Positions 12,795 through 24,099 of a DNA stretch of 62,071 nucleotides are shown in pieces. The position numbers and the translations under genes were made by a program. The notes beneath the pieces were generated by a model. The model was not told the DNA's origin and searched no databases. It saw only the letters and a list, made by a program, of their open reading frames with translations. Positions within the stretch are counted from its first letter, which is position 1. Each line of letters opens with the position of its first letter. Source of the DNA: Mobula hypostoma (taxonomy: Eukaryota); NCBI RefSeq assembly GCF_963921235.1, contig NC_086106.1, forward strand, positions 16,306,001 to 16,368,071, given 5' to 3'.

Positions 12795-12932
12795 CTCTCT
12801 TCCTCTGCCGACAGGTCGAGATGCCATGGAAAATGCACAGCACGATGCTAGTGTAGATCACCAGCGCAGCCACGGCAGCTGCAATCCACAGCCAGCTGAT
12901 CTTCCCGAGATACCAGGTCGGCTGGCAGGGTT
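12795..12932 (-). CDS. Connecting-peptide/transmembrane exon of the Ig-like receptor (EPCQPTWYLGKISWLWIAAAVAALVIYTSIVLCIFHGISTCRQRKR)
   Basis: Strong acceptor ttttctgtgtcctag| in phase 1, hydrophobic helix followed by basic stop-transfer RQRKR. Donor AG|GTTCGT is non-consensus; without splicing the frame runs to TAG at 12582-12580. Confidence 0.8.
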
Positions 12933-12959
12933 CTAGGACACAGAAAACAGGTCAGTGAT

Positions 12960-13590
12960 TAACCATGCACGGTGCTCCAGGAGTGGGTCCAACCCAGGGA
13001 TATAGAGACGGGAAGTGAGAACAGTGTTTCCCGGTGTGGGTCTGACCCAGGGATACGGAGATGGGAACTGTGCACGGTGCTCCCGGTGTGGGTCTGACCC
13101 GGGGATACAGAGACGGGAACCATGCACGGTGTTCCCGGTGTGGGTCTGACCCAGGGATACGGAGACGGGAACTGTGCACGGTGCTCCTGGTGTGGGTCTG
13201 ACCCAGGGATACGGAGACGGGAACCATGCACGGTGCTCCCGGTGTGGGTCTGACCCAGGGATACGGAGACGGGAACTGTGCACGGTGCTCCCGGTGTGGG
13301 TCTGACCCAGGGATACGGAGACGGGAACTGTGCATGGTGCTTCCGGTGTGGGTCTGACCCAGGGATACGGAGACGGGAACTGTGTGCGGTGCTTCCGGTG
13401 TGGGTCTGACCCAGGGATACGGAGACTGGAACTGTGCACGGAGCTCCCGGTGTGGGTCTGACCCAGGGATACGGAGACGGGAACTGTGCACGGAGCTCCC
13501 GGTGTGGGTCTGACCCAGGGATACGGAGACGGGAACTGTGCACGGTGCTCCCGGTGTGGGTCTGACCCAGGGATACGGAGACGGGAACGG
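12960..13590. repeat. 52-bp minisatellite family A (GGGTCTGACCCAGGGATACGGAGACGGGAACTGTGCACGGTGCTCCCGGTGT)
   Basis: About 12 direct tandem copies read directly. The same unit recurs at about 16480-16700, 18020-18500, 19830-20310 and 21300-22500. Confidence 0.95.
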
Positions 13591-14640
13591 TTTCCCTTCC
13601 CATGGGAGGGCCCATGGTATTAGAGGAAAGATTCTAGCATGGATAAAGCAGTGGTTGATTTGCAAGAAGCAAAGATTGGGAATAACAGAAGCCTTTTCTG
13701 ATTGGCTGCTGGTGACTAGTGGTGTTCCTCAGGGTTCTGCGTAGGGACCGATTATTTTTACATTATATGTCGATGTTTTGGATGGTGGAATTGATGGCTT
13801 TGTTCCAAAGCTTGTAGACAATATGAAAACAGGTGGAGGAGCAAGTAGTTTTGAGAAGGTAGAGAGGTTACAGAAGGACTTAGACAGATTAGGAGAATGG
13901 GCAAAGAAATGTCAGACAGAATACAGTGTCGGGAAGTGTATGGTCATGCATTTTAGAAGAAATGAAACAGTTAACTATTTTCTAAATGGAGAGACAATAC
14001 AAAACACAGAGGTGCAGAGGGACTTGGGAGTCCTTCTGCAGGATTCCCTGAAGGTTAATTTGCTGGTTGAGTCTGAGGTGAGGAAGGCAAATGCAATGTT
14101 AGCATTCATTTCAAGAGGACAAGAATATTAAAGCAAGGATGTAATGTTGAGACTTTATAAAGCACTGGTGAGGCCTCACTTGGAGTGTTGTGAGCAGTTT
14201 TGGGACCCATCTCTCTGAAAGGATGTGCTGAAACCGGAGAGGGTTCAAAGGAGGTTCATGAAAAATTTTCCAGGATTGAATGACTTGTCATATGAAGAAC
14301 GTTTGATGGCTCAGAACCTGAATTCACCAAAATTCATAAAATGAGGGGTGACCTCATTGAAACCTATTGAATGGTGAAAGGCCTTGATAGAGTGGATGTG
14401 GAGAGGATGTTTCCTATGATGGAGAGTTTAAAACCAGAGGACACAGCCTCAGAATAGAGGGGATGAGGAGGAATTTCTTTAGCCAGAGAGTGGTGAATCT
14501 GTGGAATTCTTTGCCACAGGCATGTGTGGAGGTCAAGTCTTTATGCAAGTTTAAGGCAGAGGTTAATAGATCCTTGACTGGTCGAGGCGTGCAGGGAAAT
14601 TGAGAGAAGGCAGGAGATTGCGGCTGAGGGGATCAGGCGT
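13590..14640 (+). mobile_element. Decayed CR1 LINE RT/3' fragment
   Basis: HGIRGKILAWIKQWL, SGVPQGS, RLQKDLDRLGEWAKK, RPHLECC motifs with stops and frameshifts. Confidence 0.88.
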
Positions 14641-14659
14641 AATGAAACCGTGGAGCAGG

Positions 14660-14860
14660 GGCCGGCTGGTGGTGCCGGACCCGGGAGCGGAGGTTCCCGG
14701 GTTCGAATCTAGTCGGGTCCACTCCCGAGCACGCTTTCCATCCGTGCCGGGTTGAGTGTCAAGACCACAACTCGACCTCGTAAAATAAAGGGAAAAATAC
14801 TGCGAAATGTCCGTGTGAGGAATGGCGGGCCACGCAGTCTCTCTCTCGCTCAGCGCCTTG
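14660..14860 (+). mobile_element. tRNA-derived SINE fragment
   Basis: GCTGGTGGTGCCGG and CCGGGTTCGAATC (B box) head followed by non-tRNA body. Confidence 0.55.
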
Positions 14861-15304
14861 CGGTTCGTCCATCGTCGTCGACAAAGACCCTCGACACCAT
14901 TCGTCACCTAGAGACTGTGTCGGGAGATGACTGGTCAGGAATGTCCTGGCACATGTTGGGCAGACATGTGTAGGCACTGCTACTGTTGCGCTGGTGGCTC
15001 TGGACTCGCGCAGTTCGCGCTTATGTTGTGTTTCAGCAGTGCGCCTTGGTCGTAAGCTTCACAGCCCTTGCGGATGAGGCCGCGCCAGGTAGGACGGTTT
15101 TGTGCCAGCGTTTCCCAAGAGCTCGTGTCTATGTCAAGCGACCTCAGGGAGGCCTTTAGTGCGTCTTTGTAACATTTCTTCTGCCCTCCATGCGAGCGTC
15201 TTCCAGCAGAGAGTTCCCCACAAAGGAGCTGCTCGGGTATGCGCTCGCCCAGCATGTGGATGACAGCGCCTTGTAAAAGCCATGAAAAAGACAACATCAC
15301 GAAC
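14860..15304 (-). mobile_element. RTE-clade LINE 3' fragment joined to the last C1 exon copy
   Basis: ERIPEQLLCGELSAGRRSHGGQKKCYKDALK...WETLAQNRPTWR, C-terminal CPTCARTF..SH knuckle and GACGACGATGGACGAAC tail. All are characteristic of RTE/BovB-type elements. Confidence 0.85.
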
Positions 15305-15554
15305 GCCCCCGAGCTCCAGAGTGATCGAGGGGTGTTCAGCGTGCTGATGGCGAGGTAGGTGCCCTCGGGGGTTCTCACCAGCTCCACGTTCCGCACTCCT
15401 GAGGTCACCGGCCTCCCCTCCACCTCCCAGCCGAAGGAGACCGATGCCGGGTAGAATCCGGTGGCCCCACAGGTGAGCGTGACGCTGGCTCCGTCCCCGG
15501 AGGGGGTCTCGGGGGTCCACAGCAAGAACGTGACTGGCGGCTGTGGGGCTGGAA
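15305..15554 (-). pseudogene. Truncated fifth copy of the tandem C1 exon (lacks F-strand Cys, G strand and donor)
   Basis: Intact acceptor cctctctctcag| and ~83 codons nearly identical to the other copies up to SLWSSGA, then RTE sequence. The missing 3' part was not found downstream. Confidence 0.88.
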
Positions 15555-15864
15555 CTGAGAGAGAGGATGCGGTCACGCATCAAACCGTGCCTGTCGTTCC
15601 CTGCGGGAGTGGGAATTCAGCCGGGGAGCAGAATCTATACAGGGACAGGGGTCGGGGAGTTGAGAGAGAGACTCAAAGACAGGGAGAGAGGTAGAGAAGG
15701 GAGGGGTCACATACACGAGGAATGGCAGAGGAGAGAGTCGGGGAGGAAGATGGGGAAGTGTGTTGGGGGGGAGCTTTCCTGGCACTTACCGACTGTTGTC
15801 AAGTCCATCTCCATGGATTCTGTTGTTAATGGTGTTGTTAAGGATTGGTGCGAGGCTGGAGAGG

Positions 15865-16395
15865 AGACACAATTATAGGAAAGATGTCAATAAAATAGAG
15901 AGAGTACAGAGAAGATTTACTAGAATGTTACCTGGGTTTCATCACCTAAGTTACAGAGAAAGGTTGAACAAGTTGGGTCTTTATTCTTTGGAACGTAGAA
16001 GGTTGAGGGGGGACTTGATACAGGTATTTAAAATTATGAGGGGGATAGATAGAGTTGACGTGGATAGGCTTTTTCCATTGAGACTGGGGGAGATTCAAAC
16101 AAGAGGACATGAGTTGAGAGTTAAAGGGCAAAAGTTTAGGGGTAAGATGAGGGGGATCTTCTTTACTCAGAGAGTGGTAGCTGTGTGGAACGAGCTTCCA
16201 GCAGAAGTGGTTGAAACAGGTTCGATGTTATCATTTAAAGTTAAATTGGACAGCTATATGGACAGGAAAGGAATGGAGGGTTATGGGCTGAGTGCAGGTC
16301 GGTGGGACTAGGTGGGAGTAAGAGTTCGGCACGGACTAGAAAGGCCGAGATGGCCTGTTTCCGTGCTGTAGTTGTTATATGGTTATATGGTTATA
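15865..16395 (+). mobile_element. 5'-truncated CR1 inside the duplicated C1 unit (identical insertion also at about 17410-17940 and 19213-19745)
   Basis: NYRKDVNKIERVQRRFTRML...YMDRKGMEGYGLS plus TTATATGG tail, with the same junctions in three units. The empty site GGAGACACACATGAC is at about 21222-21236. Confidence 0.92.
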
Positions 16396-16781
16396 CACAC
16401 ATGACTGGATCCCAATCTGGAACAGGAATATTCATCCACGTGTTACTCACTGGTTGTGCTGTAGGTTCCCTCACTGATCTGATGCGGGTCTGACCCAGGG
16501 ATATGGAGACAGGAATTGTGCAGGCTGCTCCCGGTGTGTGTCTGACCCAGGGATATGGAGACGGGAACTGTGCACGGTATTCCCAGTGTAGGTCAGGCAC
16601 ATGGAGTCGGAGATGGGAACTGTGTACAATGATCCCAGTGTGTGTCTGACCCTGGGATACAGAGACGGGAACTGTGCACGGTATTCCCAGTGCAGGTCAG
16701 ACAGGGATTCGGAGATGTATGTGAGCTGCTGATATGTGACAACCCCCACACTCCCCCCACCCCCTGCCTCAGCCCACTCAC

Positions 16782-17099
16782 CGTAGACGTCGATGTCCTT
16801 TCTGACGGGCTGATCCAGCTGCTGGTGGCTGATCAGACACGTGTGGCGAGCCCCCGAGCTCCAGAGTGATCGAGGGGTGTTCAGCGTGCTGATGGCGAGG
16901 TAGGTGCCCTCGGGGGTTCTCACCGGCTCCGTGTTCCGCACTCCTGAGGTCACCAGCCTCCCCTCCACCTCCCAGCCGAAGGAGACCAATGCCGGGTAGA
17001 ATCCGGTGGCCCCACAGGTGAGCGTGACGCTGGCTCCGTCCCCGGAGGGGGTCTCGGGGGGCTGCAGCAAGAACGTGACTGGCGGCTGTGGGGCTGGAA
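16782..17099 (-). CDS. Ig C1-set constant exon, tandem copy 4
   Basis: 318 nt, phase 1-1, ctctctcag| and |GTGAGT. VTLTC-GFYP-SFGW-GTYL-W-HTC-I-H motifs. Confidence 0.88.
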
Positions 17100-18585
17100 C
17101 TGAGAGAGAGGATGCGGTCACACATCAAACCGTGCCTGTCGTTCCCTGCGGGAGTGGGAATTCAGCCGGGGAGCAGAAACTATACAGGGACAGGGGTGGG
17201 GGAGTTGAGGGAGAGACTCAAAGACAGGGAGAGAGGTAGAGAAGGGAGGGGTCACATACACGAGGAATGGCGGAGGAGAGAGTCGGGGAGGAAGATGGGG
17301 AAGTGTGTTGGGGGGGAGCTTTCCTGGCACTTACCGACTGTTGTCAAGTCCATCTCCATGGATTCTGTTGTTAATGGTGTTGTTAAGGATTGGTGCGAGG
17401 CTGGAGAGGAGACACGATTATAGGAAAGATGTCAATAAAATAGAGAGAGTACAGAGAAGATTTACTAGAATGTCACCTGGGTTTCATCACCTAAGTTACA
17501 GAGAAAGGTTGAACAAGTTGGGTCTTTATTCTTTGGAACGTAGAAGGTTGAGGGGGGACTTGATAGAGGTATTTAAAATTATGAGGGGGATAGATAGAGT
17601 TGATGGGGATAGGCTTTTTCCATTGAGACTGGGGGAGATTCAAACAAGAGGACATGAGTTGAGAGTTAAAGGGCAAAAGTTTAGGGGTAACATGAGGGGG
17701 ATCTTCTTTACTCAGAGAGTGGTAGCTGTGTGGAACGAGCTTCCAGCAGAAGTGGTTGAGGCAGGTTCGATGTTGTCGTTTAAAGTTAAATTGGACAGCT
17801 ATATGGACAGGAAAGGAATGGAGGGTTATGGGCTGAGTGTAGGTAGGTGGGACTAGGTGGGAGTAAGAGTTCGGCACGGACTAGAAGGGCCGAGATGGCC
17901 TGTTTCCATGCTGTAGTTGTTATATGGTTATATGGTTTTGCACACATGACTGGATCCCAATCTGGAACAGGAATATTCATCCACGTGTTACTCACTGGTT
18001 GTGCTGTAGGTTCCCTCACTGATCCGATGTGGGTCTGACCCAGGGATATGGAGACAGGAACTGTGCAGGGTGCTCCCGGTGTGGGTCTGACCCAGGGATA
18101 CAGAGACAGGAACTATGCACGGTGCTCCCGGTGTGGACTGACTCAGGGATACGGAGATGGGAACTGTGCACGGTATTCCCAGTGTAGGTCAGACACAGGG
18201 AGTCGGAGATGGGAACTGTGTACAATGATTCCAGTGTGTGTCTGACCCTGGGATACGGAGATGGGAACAATGCACGGTGCTCCCGGTGTGGGTCTGACCC
18301 AGGGATATAGAGACGGGAACTGTGCACGGTGCTCCCGGTGTGGGTCTGACCCAGGGATACAGAGACAGGAACGGTGCACGGTATTCCCAGTGTAGGTCAG
18401 GCACAGGGAGTCGGAGACGGGAACTGTGTACAATGATCCCAGTGTGTGTCTGACCCTGGGATACAGAGACGGGAACTGTGCACGGTATTCCCAGTTCAGG
18501 TCAGACAGGGATTCGGAGATGTATGTGAGCTGCTGATATGTGACACCCCCCACACTCCCCCCAGCCCTTGCCTCAGCCCACTCAC

Positions 18586-18903
18586 CGTAGACGTCGATGT
18601 CCTTTCTGACGGGCTGATCCAGCTGCTGGTGGCTGATCAGACACGTGTGGCGAGCCCCCGAGCTCCAGAGTGATCGAGGGGTGTTCAGCGTGCTGATGGC
18701 GAGGTAGGTGCCGTCGGGGGTTCTCACCGGCTCCGTGTTCCGCACTCCTGAGGTCACCAGCCTCCCCTCCACCTCCCAGCCGAAGGAGACCAATGCCGGG
18801 TAGAATCCGGTGGCCCCACAGGTGAGCGTGACGCTGGCTCCGTCCCCGGAGGGGGTCTCGGGGGGCCGCAGCAAGAACGTGACTGGCGGCTGTGGGGCTG
18901 GAA
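18586..18903 (-). CDS. Ig C1-set constant exon, tandem copy 3
   Basis: 318 nt, phase 1-1, canonical splice sites, open frame, C1 motifs. Confidence 0.88.
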
Positions 18904-20390
18904 CTGAGAGAGAGGATGCGGTCACACATCAAACCGTGCCTGTCGTTCTCTGCGGGAGTGGGAATTCAGCCGGGGAGCAGAATCTATACAGGGACAGGGG
19001 TCGGGGAGTTGAGAGAGAGACTCAAAGACAGGGAGAGAGGTAGAGAAGGGAGGGGTCACATACACGAGGAATGGCGGAGGAGAGAGTCGGGGAGGAAGAT
19101 GGGGAAGTGTGTTGGGGGGGAGCTTTCCTGGCACTTACCGACTGTTGTCAAGTCCATCTCCATGGATTCTGTTGTTAATGGTGTTGTTAAGGATTGGTGC
19201 GAGGCTGGAGAGGAGACACGATTATAGGAAAGATGTCAATAAAATAGAGAGAGTACAGAGAAGATTTACTAGAATGTTACCTGGGTCTCATCACCTAAGT
19301 TACAGAGAAAGGTTGAACAAGTTGGGTCTTTATTCTTTGGAACGTAGAAGGTTGAGGGGGGACTTGATACAGGTATTTAAAATTATGAGGGGGATAGATA
19401 CAGTTGACGTGGATAGGCTTTTTCCATTGAGACTGGGGGAGATTCAAACAAGAGGACATGAGTTGAAAGTTAAAGGGCAAAAGTTTAGGGGTAAGATGAG
19501 GGGGATCTTCTTTACTCAGAGAGTGGTAGCTGTGTGGAACGAGCTTCCAGCAGAAGTGGTTGAAGCAGGTTCGATGTTGTCGTTTAAAGTTAAATTGGAC
19601 AGCTATATGGACAGGAAAGGAATGGAGGGTTATGGGCTGAGTGCAGGTCGGTGGGATTAGGTGAGAGTAAGCATTCGGCGCGGACTAGAAGGGCCGAGAT
19701 GGCCTGTTTCCATGCTGTAGTTGTTATATGGTTATATGGTTATACACACATGACTGGATCCCAATCTGGAACAGGAATATTCATCCACGTGTTACTCACT
19801 GGTTGTGCTGTAGGTTCCCTCACTGATCCGATGCGGGTCTGACCCAGGGATACGGAGACAGGAACTGTGCAGGGTGCTCCCGGTGTGTGTCTGACCCAGG
19901 GATACAGAGACAGGAACTATGAATGGTGCTCCCGGTGTGGGTCTGACCCAGGGATACGGAGATGGGAACTGTGCACGGTATTCCCAGTGTAGGTCAGACA
20001 CAGGGAGTCGGAGATGGGAACTGTGTACAATGATTCCAGTGTGTGTCTGACCCTGGGATACGGAGATGGGAACAATGCACGGTGCTCCCGGTGTGGGTCT
20101 GACCCAAGGATATGGAGACGGGAACTGTGCACGGTGCTCCCGGTGTGGGTCTGACCCAGGGATACAGAGACAGGAACGGTGCACGGTATTCCCAGTGTAG
20201 GTCAGGCACAGGGAGTCGGAGATGAGAACTGTGTACAATGATCCCAGTGTGTGTCTGACCCTGGGATACAGAGACGGGAACTGTGCACGGTATTCCCAGT
20301 GCAGGTCAGACAGGGATTCGGAGATGTATGTGAGCTGCTGATATGTGTCAACCCCCACACTCCCCCCACCCCCTGCCTAAGCCCACTCAC

Positions 20391-20708
20391 CGTAGACGTC
20401 GATGTCCTTTCTGACGGGCTGATCCAGCTGCTGGTGGCTGATCAGACACGTGTGGCGAGCCCCCGAGCTCCAGAGTGATCGAGGGGTGTTCAGCGTGCTG
20501 ATGGCGAGGTAGGTGCCCTCGGGGGTTCTCACCGGCTCCACGTTCCGCACTCCTGAGGTCACCGGCCTCCCCTCCACCTCCCAGCCGAAGGAGACCGATG
20601 CTGGGTAGAATCCGGTGGCCCCACAGGTGAGCGTGACGCTGGCTCCGTCCCCGGAGGGGGTCTCGGGGGGCCGCAGCAAGAACGTGACTGGCGGCTGTGG
20701 GGCTGGAA
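20391..20708 (-). CDS. Ig C1-set constant exon, tandem copy 2
   Basis: 318 nt, phase 1-1, canonical splice sites, open frame, C1 motifs. Confidence 0.88.
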
Positions 20709-21299
20709 CTGAGAGAGAGGATGCGGTCACACATCAAACCGTGCCTGTCGTTCCCTGCGGGAGTGGGAATTCAGCCGGGGAGCAGAAACTGCAGAGGGTC
20801 ACTGTGGAGAGGGAAGAGACTCAGAGACGGGGAGAGGTGTAGAGGAGGGAGGGGGCAGCATGGGAGTTGGTCGCGGAGCTGGGAAGGGGTGTTTGAATGC
20901 AAATGAATCACAGAGACAGGGAAGTGAGGAGGACACAGAGACAGGCATTGTGTAAGGGAAGGAGAAGATCATAGAGGTGGGGTGGGGGCATGGGTGAGGG
21001 AGAGGGTCTCTGAGATGGGGAGGGATGTTGGGGTGGGAATGCTTTCAAAGATGGGGAAGAGCTTAGGGGTGGGAGGGCATCATCGGGATAAGGATTTGTC
21101 GGGGAGGAAGATGGGGAAGTGTGTGGGGGGAGCTTTCCTGGCACTTACCAACTGTTGTTGAGTCCATCACCATGGATTCTGTTGTTAATGGTGTTGTTAA
21201 GGATTGGTGCGAGGCTGGAGAGGAGACACACATGACCGGATCCCAATCTGGAACAGGAATATTCATCCAAATATTACTGACTGGTTGTGCTGTAGGTTT

Positions 21300-22500
21300 C
21301 CTCACTGATCTGGTGTGGGTCTGACCCAGGGATACGGAAACAGGAAATGTGCACGATGCTCCCGGTGTGGGTCTGACCCAGGGATATGGAGACGGGAACT
21401 GTGCACAGTGTTCCCGGTGTGGGTCTGACCCAGGGATATGGAGACGGGAACTGTGCACAGTGTTCCCGGTGTGGGTCTGACCCAGGGATATGGAGACGGG
21501 AACTGTGCGCAGTGTTCCCGGTGTGGGTCTGACCCAGGGATACGGAAACAGGAACTGTGCACGGTGCTCCCGGTGTGGGTCTGACCCAGGGATACCAAGA
21601 CGGGAACTGCGCACGGTGCTCCCGGTGTGGGTCTGACCCAGGGATACGGAGACAGGAACTGTGCACGGTGCTCCCGGTGTGGGTCTGACCCAGGGATACG
21701 GAGACGGGAACAGTGCACGGTGCTCCCGGTGTGGGTCTGACCCAGGGATAGGGAGACGGGAACTGTGCACAGTGCTCCTGGTGTGGGTCTGACCCAGGGA
21801 TACGGAGACGGGAACTGTGCACGGTGCTCCCGGTGTGGGTCTGACCCAGGGATACGGAGACGGGAACTGTGCACGGTGCTCCCGGTGTGGGTCTGACCCA
21901 GGGATACGGAAACGGGAACTGTGCACGGTGCTCCCGGTGTGGGCCTGACCCAGGGATATGGAGATGAGAACTGTGCACAACGTTCCCGGTGTGTGTCTGA
22001 CCCAGGGATACGGAGACGGGAACTATGCAGGGTTTTTCTGTTGTGGGTCTGACCCAGGGATAGAGACCAGAACTGTGCATGGTTTGGGTCTGACTCTGGG
22101 ATACGGAGACGGAAACTGGGCACGGTGCTCCTGGTGTGGGTCTGACCCAGGGATACGGAGACAGGAAATGTGCACGGTGCTCCCGGTGTGGGTCTGACCC
22201 AGGGATATGGAGACGGGAACTGTGCACGGTGTTCCCGCTGTGTGTCTGACCCAGGGATACGGAGACGGGAACTATGTAGGGTGCTTCTGTTGTGGGTCTG
22301 ACCCAGGGATACGGAGATGGGAACTCTGCACGGTGTTCCCGGTGTGGGTCTCTCCCAGGGATACCAAGACGGGAACTGTGCACGGTGCTCCCAGTGTGGG
22401 TCTGACCCAGGGATACGGAGATGGGAACTGTGCATGGTTTGGGTCTGACCCTGGGATACAGAGACGGGAACTGTGCACGGTATTCCCAGTGCAGGTCAGA
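21300..22500. repeat. 52-bp minisatellite family A, largest C-region array
   Basis: About 22 tandem units; source of the spurious 305-548 aa ORFs. Confidence 0.95.
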
Positions 22501-22580
22501 CAGGGATTCGGAGATGTATGTGAGCTGCTGATATGTGACAACCCCCACACTCCCCCCACCCCCTGCCTCAGCCCACTCAC

Positions 22581-22898
22581 CGTAGACGTCGATGTCCTTT
22601 CTGACAGGCTGATCCAGCTGCTGGTGGCTGATCAGACACGTGTAGCGAGCCCCCGAGCTCCAGAGTGATCGAGGGGTGTTCAGCGTGCTGATGGCGAGGT
22701 AGGTGCCCTCGGGGGTTCTCACCGGCTCCACGTTCCGCACTCCTGAGGTCACCGGCCTCCCCTCCACCTCCCAGCCGAAGGAGACCGATGCCGGGTAGAA
22801 TCCGGTGGCCCCACAGGTGAGCGTGATGCTGGCTCCGTCCCCGGAGGGGGTCTCGGGGGGCCGCAGCAAGAACGTGACTGGCGGCTGTGGGGCTGGAA
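22581..22898 (-). CDS. Ig C1-set constant exon, tandem copy 1 (VPAPQPPVTFLL...ITLTCGATGFYPASVSFGW...GTYLAISTL...WSSGARYTCLISH...DIDVY)
   Basis: 318 nt, phase 1-1, canonical splice sites. The only copy with an intact Y-x-C in the F strand. Confidence 0.92.
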
Positions 22899-23170
22899 CT
22901 GAGAGAGAGGATGCGGTCACACATCAAACTGTGCCTGTCGTTCCCTGCGGGAGTGGGAATTCAGCCGGGGATCAGAAACTATACAGGGACAGGGGTGGGG
23001 TGGAGGACGGGGCGGGGTAGGAGGGGGGGGTCACAGACATGAGGAATGGCATTGGAGAGGGAGAAAGTCATGGAGATGGGAGGGGGTGTAGGGGAGGGAG
23101 GCGATCGCAGAGAAGGGACGGGCTGTGGGGTGGGGTGGGGTGTGAGTGTGTTCAAGGAGACGGGCTGGGG

Positions 23171-23291
23171 CAACACTCACAACACGCTGGAGGAACTCAG
23201 CAGGTCAGGCAACGTCAGTGGAAACGATCAGTCAACGTTTCCACGGACGCTGTCCGACCTGCTGAGTTCCTCCAGCGTGTTGTGAGTGTTG
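23171..23291. repeat. Perfect 36-bp inverted repeat (hairpin) derived from a PLE terminal repeat
   Basis: Arms 23171-23206 and 23256-23291 are exact reverse complements, with an inner GTGGAAACG/CGTTTCCAC stem. The arm sequence resembles about 11113-11160. Confidence 0.9.
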
Positions 23292-23724
23292 AATTGACCC
23301 CGGGGCACCTGCAGAGTGTTTTGCGTTGCCGTGGGGCTGGGAGTGGTCGCGGTAACATGGAGGGGTGCGCTGAGGAAAGGGGTCAGTTTAACTGGGTTAT
23401 CGTCGGCGAGGAGACGGGTAGGCGCATAGGAGAGGTGAGCGGTCATGAAGATAGGAGGGAAGGAGTCACATATACAGGTAGGGGCGTGGGGCCCAGGGGT
23501 TTGCCAAGACAGGGAGGACTGTAGGATTGGGATGGGTTCACAGCGGTGGGGAGTGCAGAGGTGAGCGAGGGGTTTCACTGAGACAAGGAGGAATGGGAGT
23601 CACGGAGATGGCAACAGGTGAAGGATCAGAAGGGGGTTCATTGGAGTGCACTGACGGGATGGGGGTGGGGGCTGATGTCACCCCCCCCCCCACCCCCAGT
23701 CCTCTGAGGAGGCATCAGTCTTAC

Positions 23725-24036
23725 CAGCATTTCTCTGGAACACACTGACGATGGGTGTGTCTCTGGAGACGTGCGTGACCAGGCAGTAAACGCTCCCGAC
23801 CCGGTCCCACTCCGGGAGCGGGATGTGTATCTGACTGCTGGCGCTGTAGGTCCCGCTGCTGCTCCTGACGGGGCCGTCCTGCTCCGTGGGCAGGGAGTGC
23901 GATTTTCTGTCCACCATCCACCGGAAGGTGATGCTCTCGGGGTAGAACCCCACCGCCTTGCAGATGAGCGTCGCCCTCGCTGACCAGACCACCCCCCCCT
24001 GGAAAGGGGCCTGCAGCCGCACGTCGGGAGACCGCA
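23725..24036 (-). CDS. First Ig C1-set constant exon (MRSPDVRL...ATLICKAVGFYPESITFRW...GTYSASSQI...EW...VYCLVTH...QRNA)
   Basis: 312 nt, phase 1-1, acceptor ttccctccag|, donor |GTAAGA, canonical C1 Cys-Trp-Cys and GFYP motifs. Confidence 0.92.
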
Positions 24037-24099
24037 CTGGAGGGAAGGGTCGGTGAGAGACAGAGAGAGCCAGGTCAGACGAGGCTCCTTGTGGGAAGC

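Noticed and set aside
790-14760. tRNA-like A/B boxes at about 790, 10625 and 14660
   Set aside because: They cannot be folded into complete cloverleaves and continue into SINE bodies and tails, so they are called SINEs, not tRNA genes.
20897-20904. Octamer ATGCAAAT in a C1 intron
   Set aside because: A single 8-mer is expected about twice by chance in 62 kb on two strands, and no clustered enhancer motifs were noticed.
12960-22500. Intronic arrays as Ig class-switch regions
   Set aside because: Only about one WGCW (TGCA) per 52-bp unit, no alternative C-gene organisation, and a related repeat occurs in METTL3 introns.
21063-22580. Long ORFs (305-548 aa) through the 52-bp arrays, and similar ORFs at 12933-13665, 27016-28018, 34297-36034, 43282-44181 and 46635-47130
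   Set aside because: They are translations of stop-poor tandem repeats, open in several frames on both strands. Only the embedded C1 exon portions have domain motifs and splice sites.
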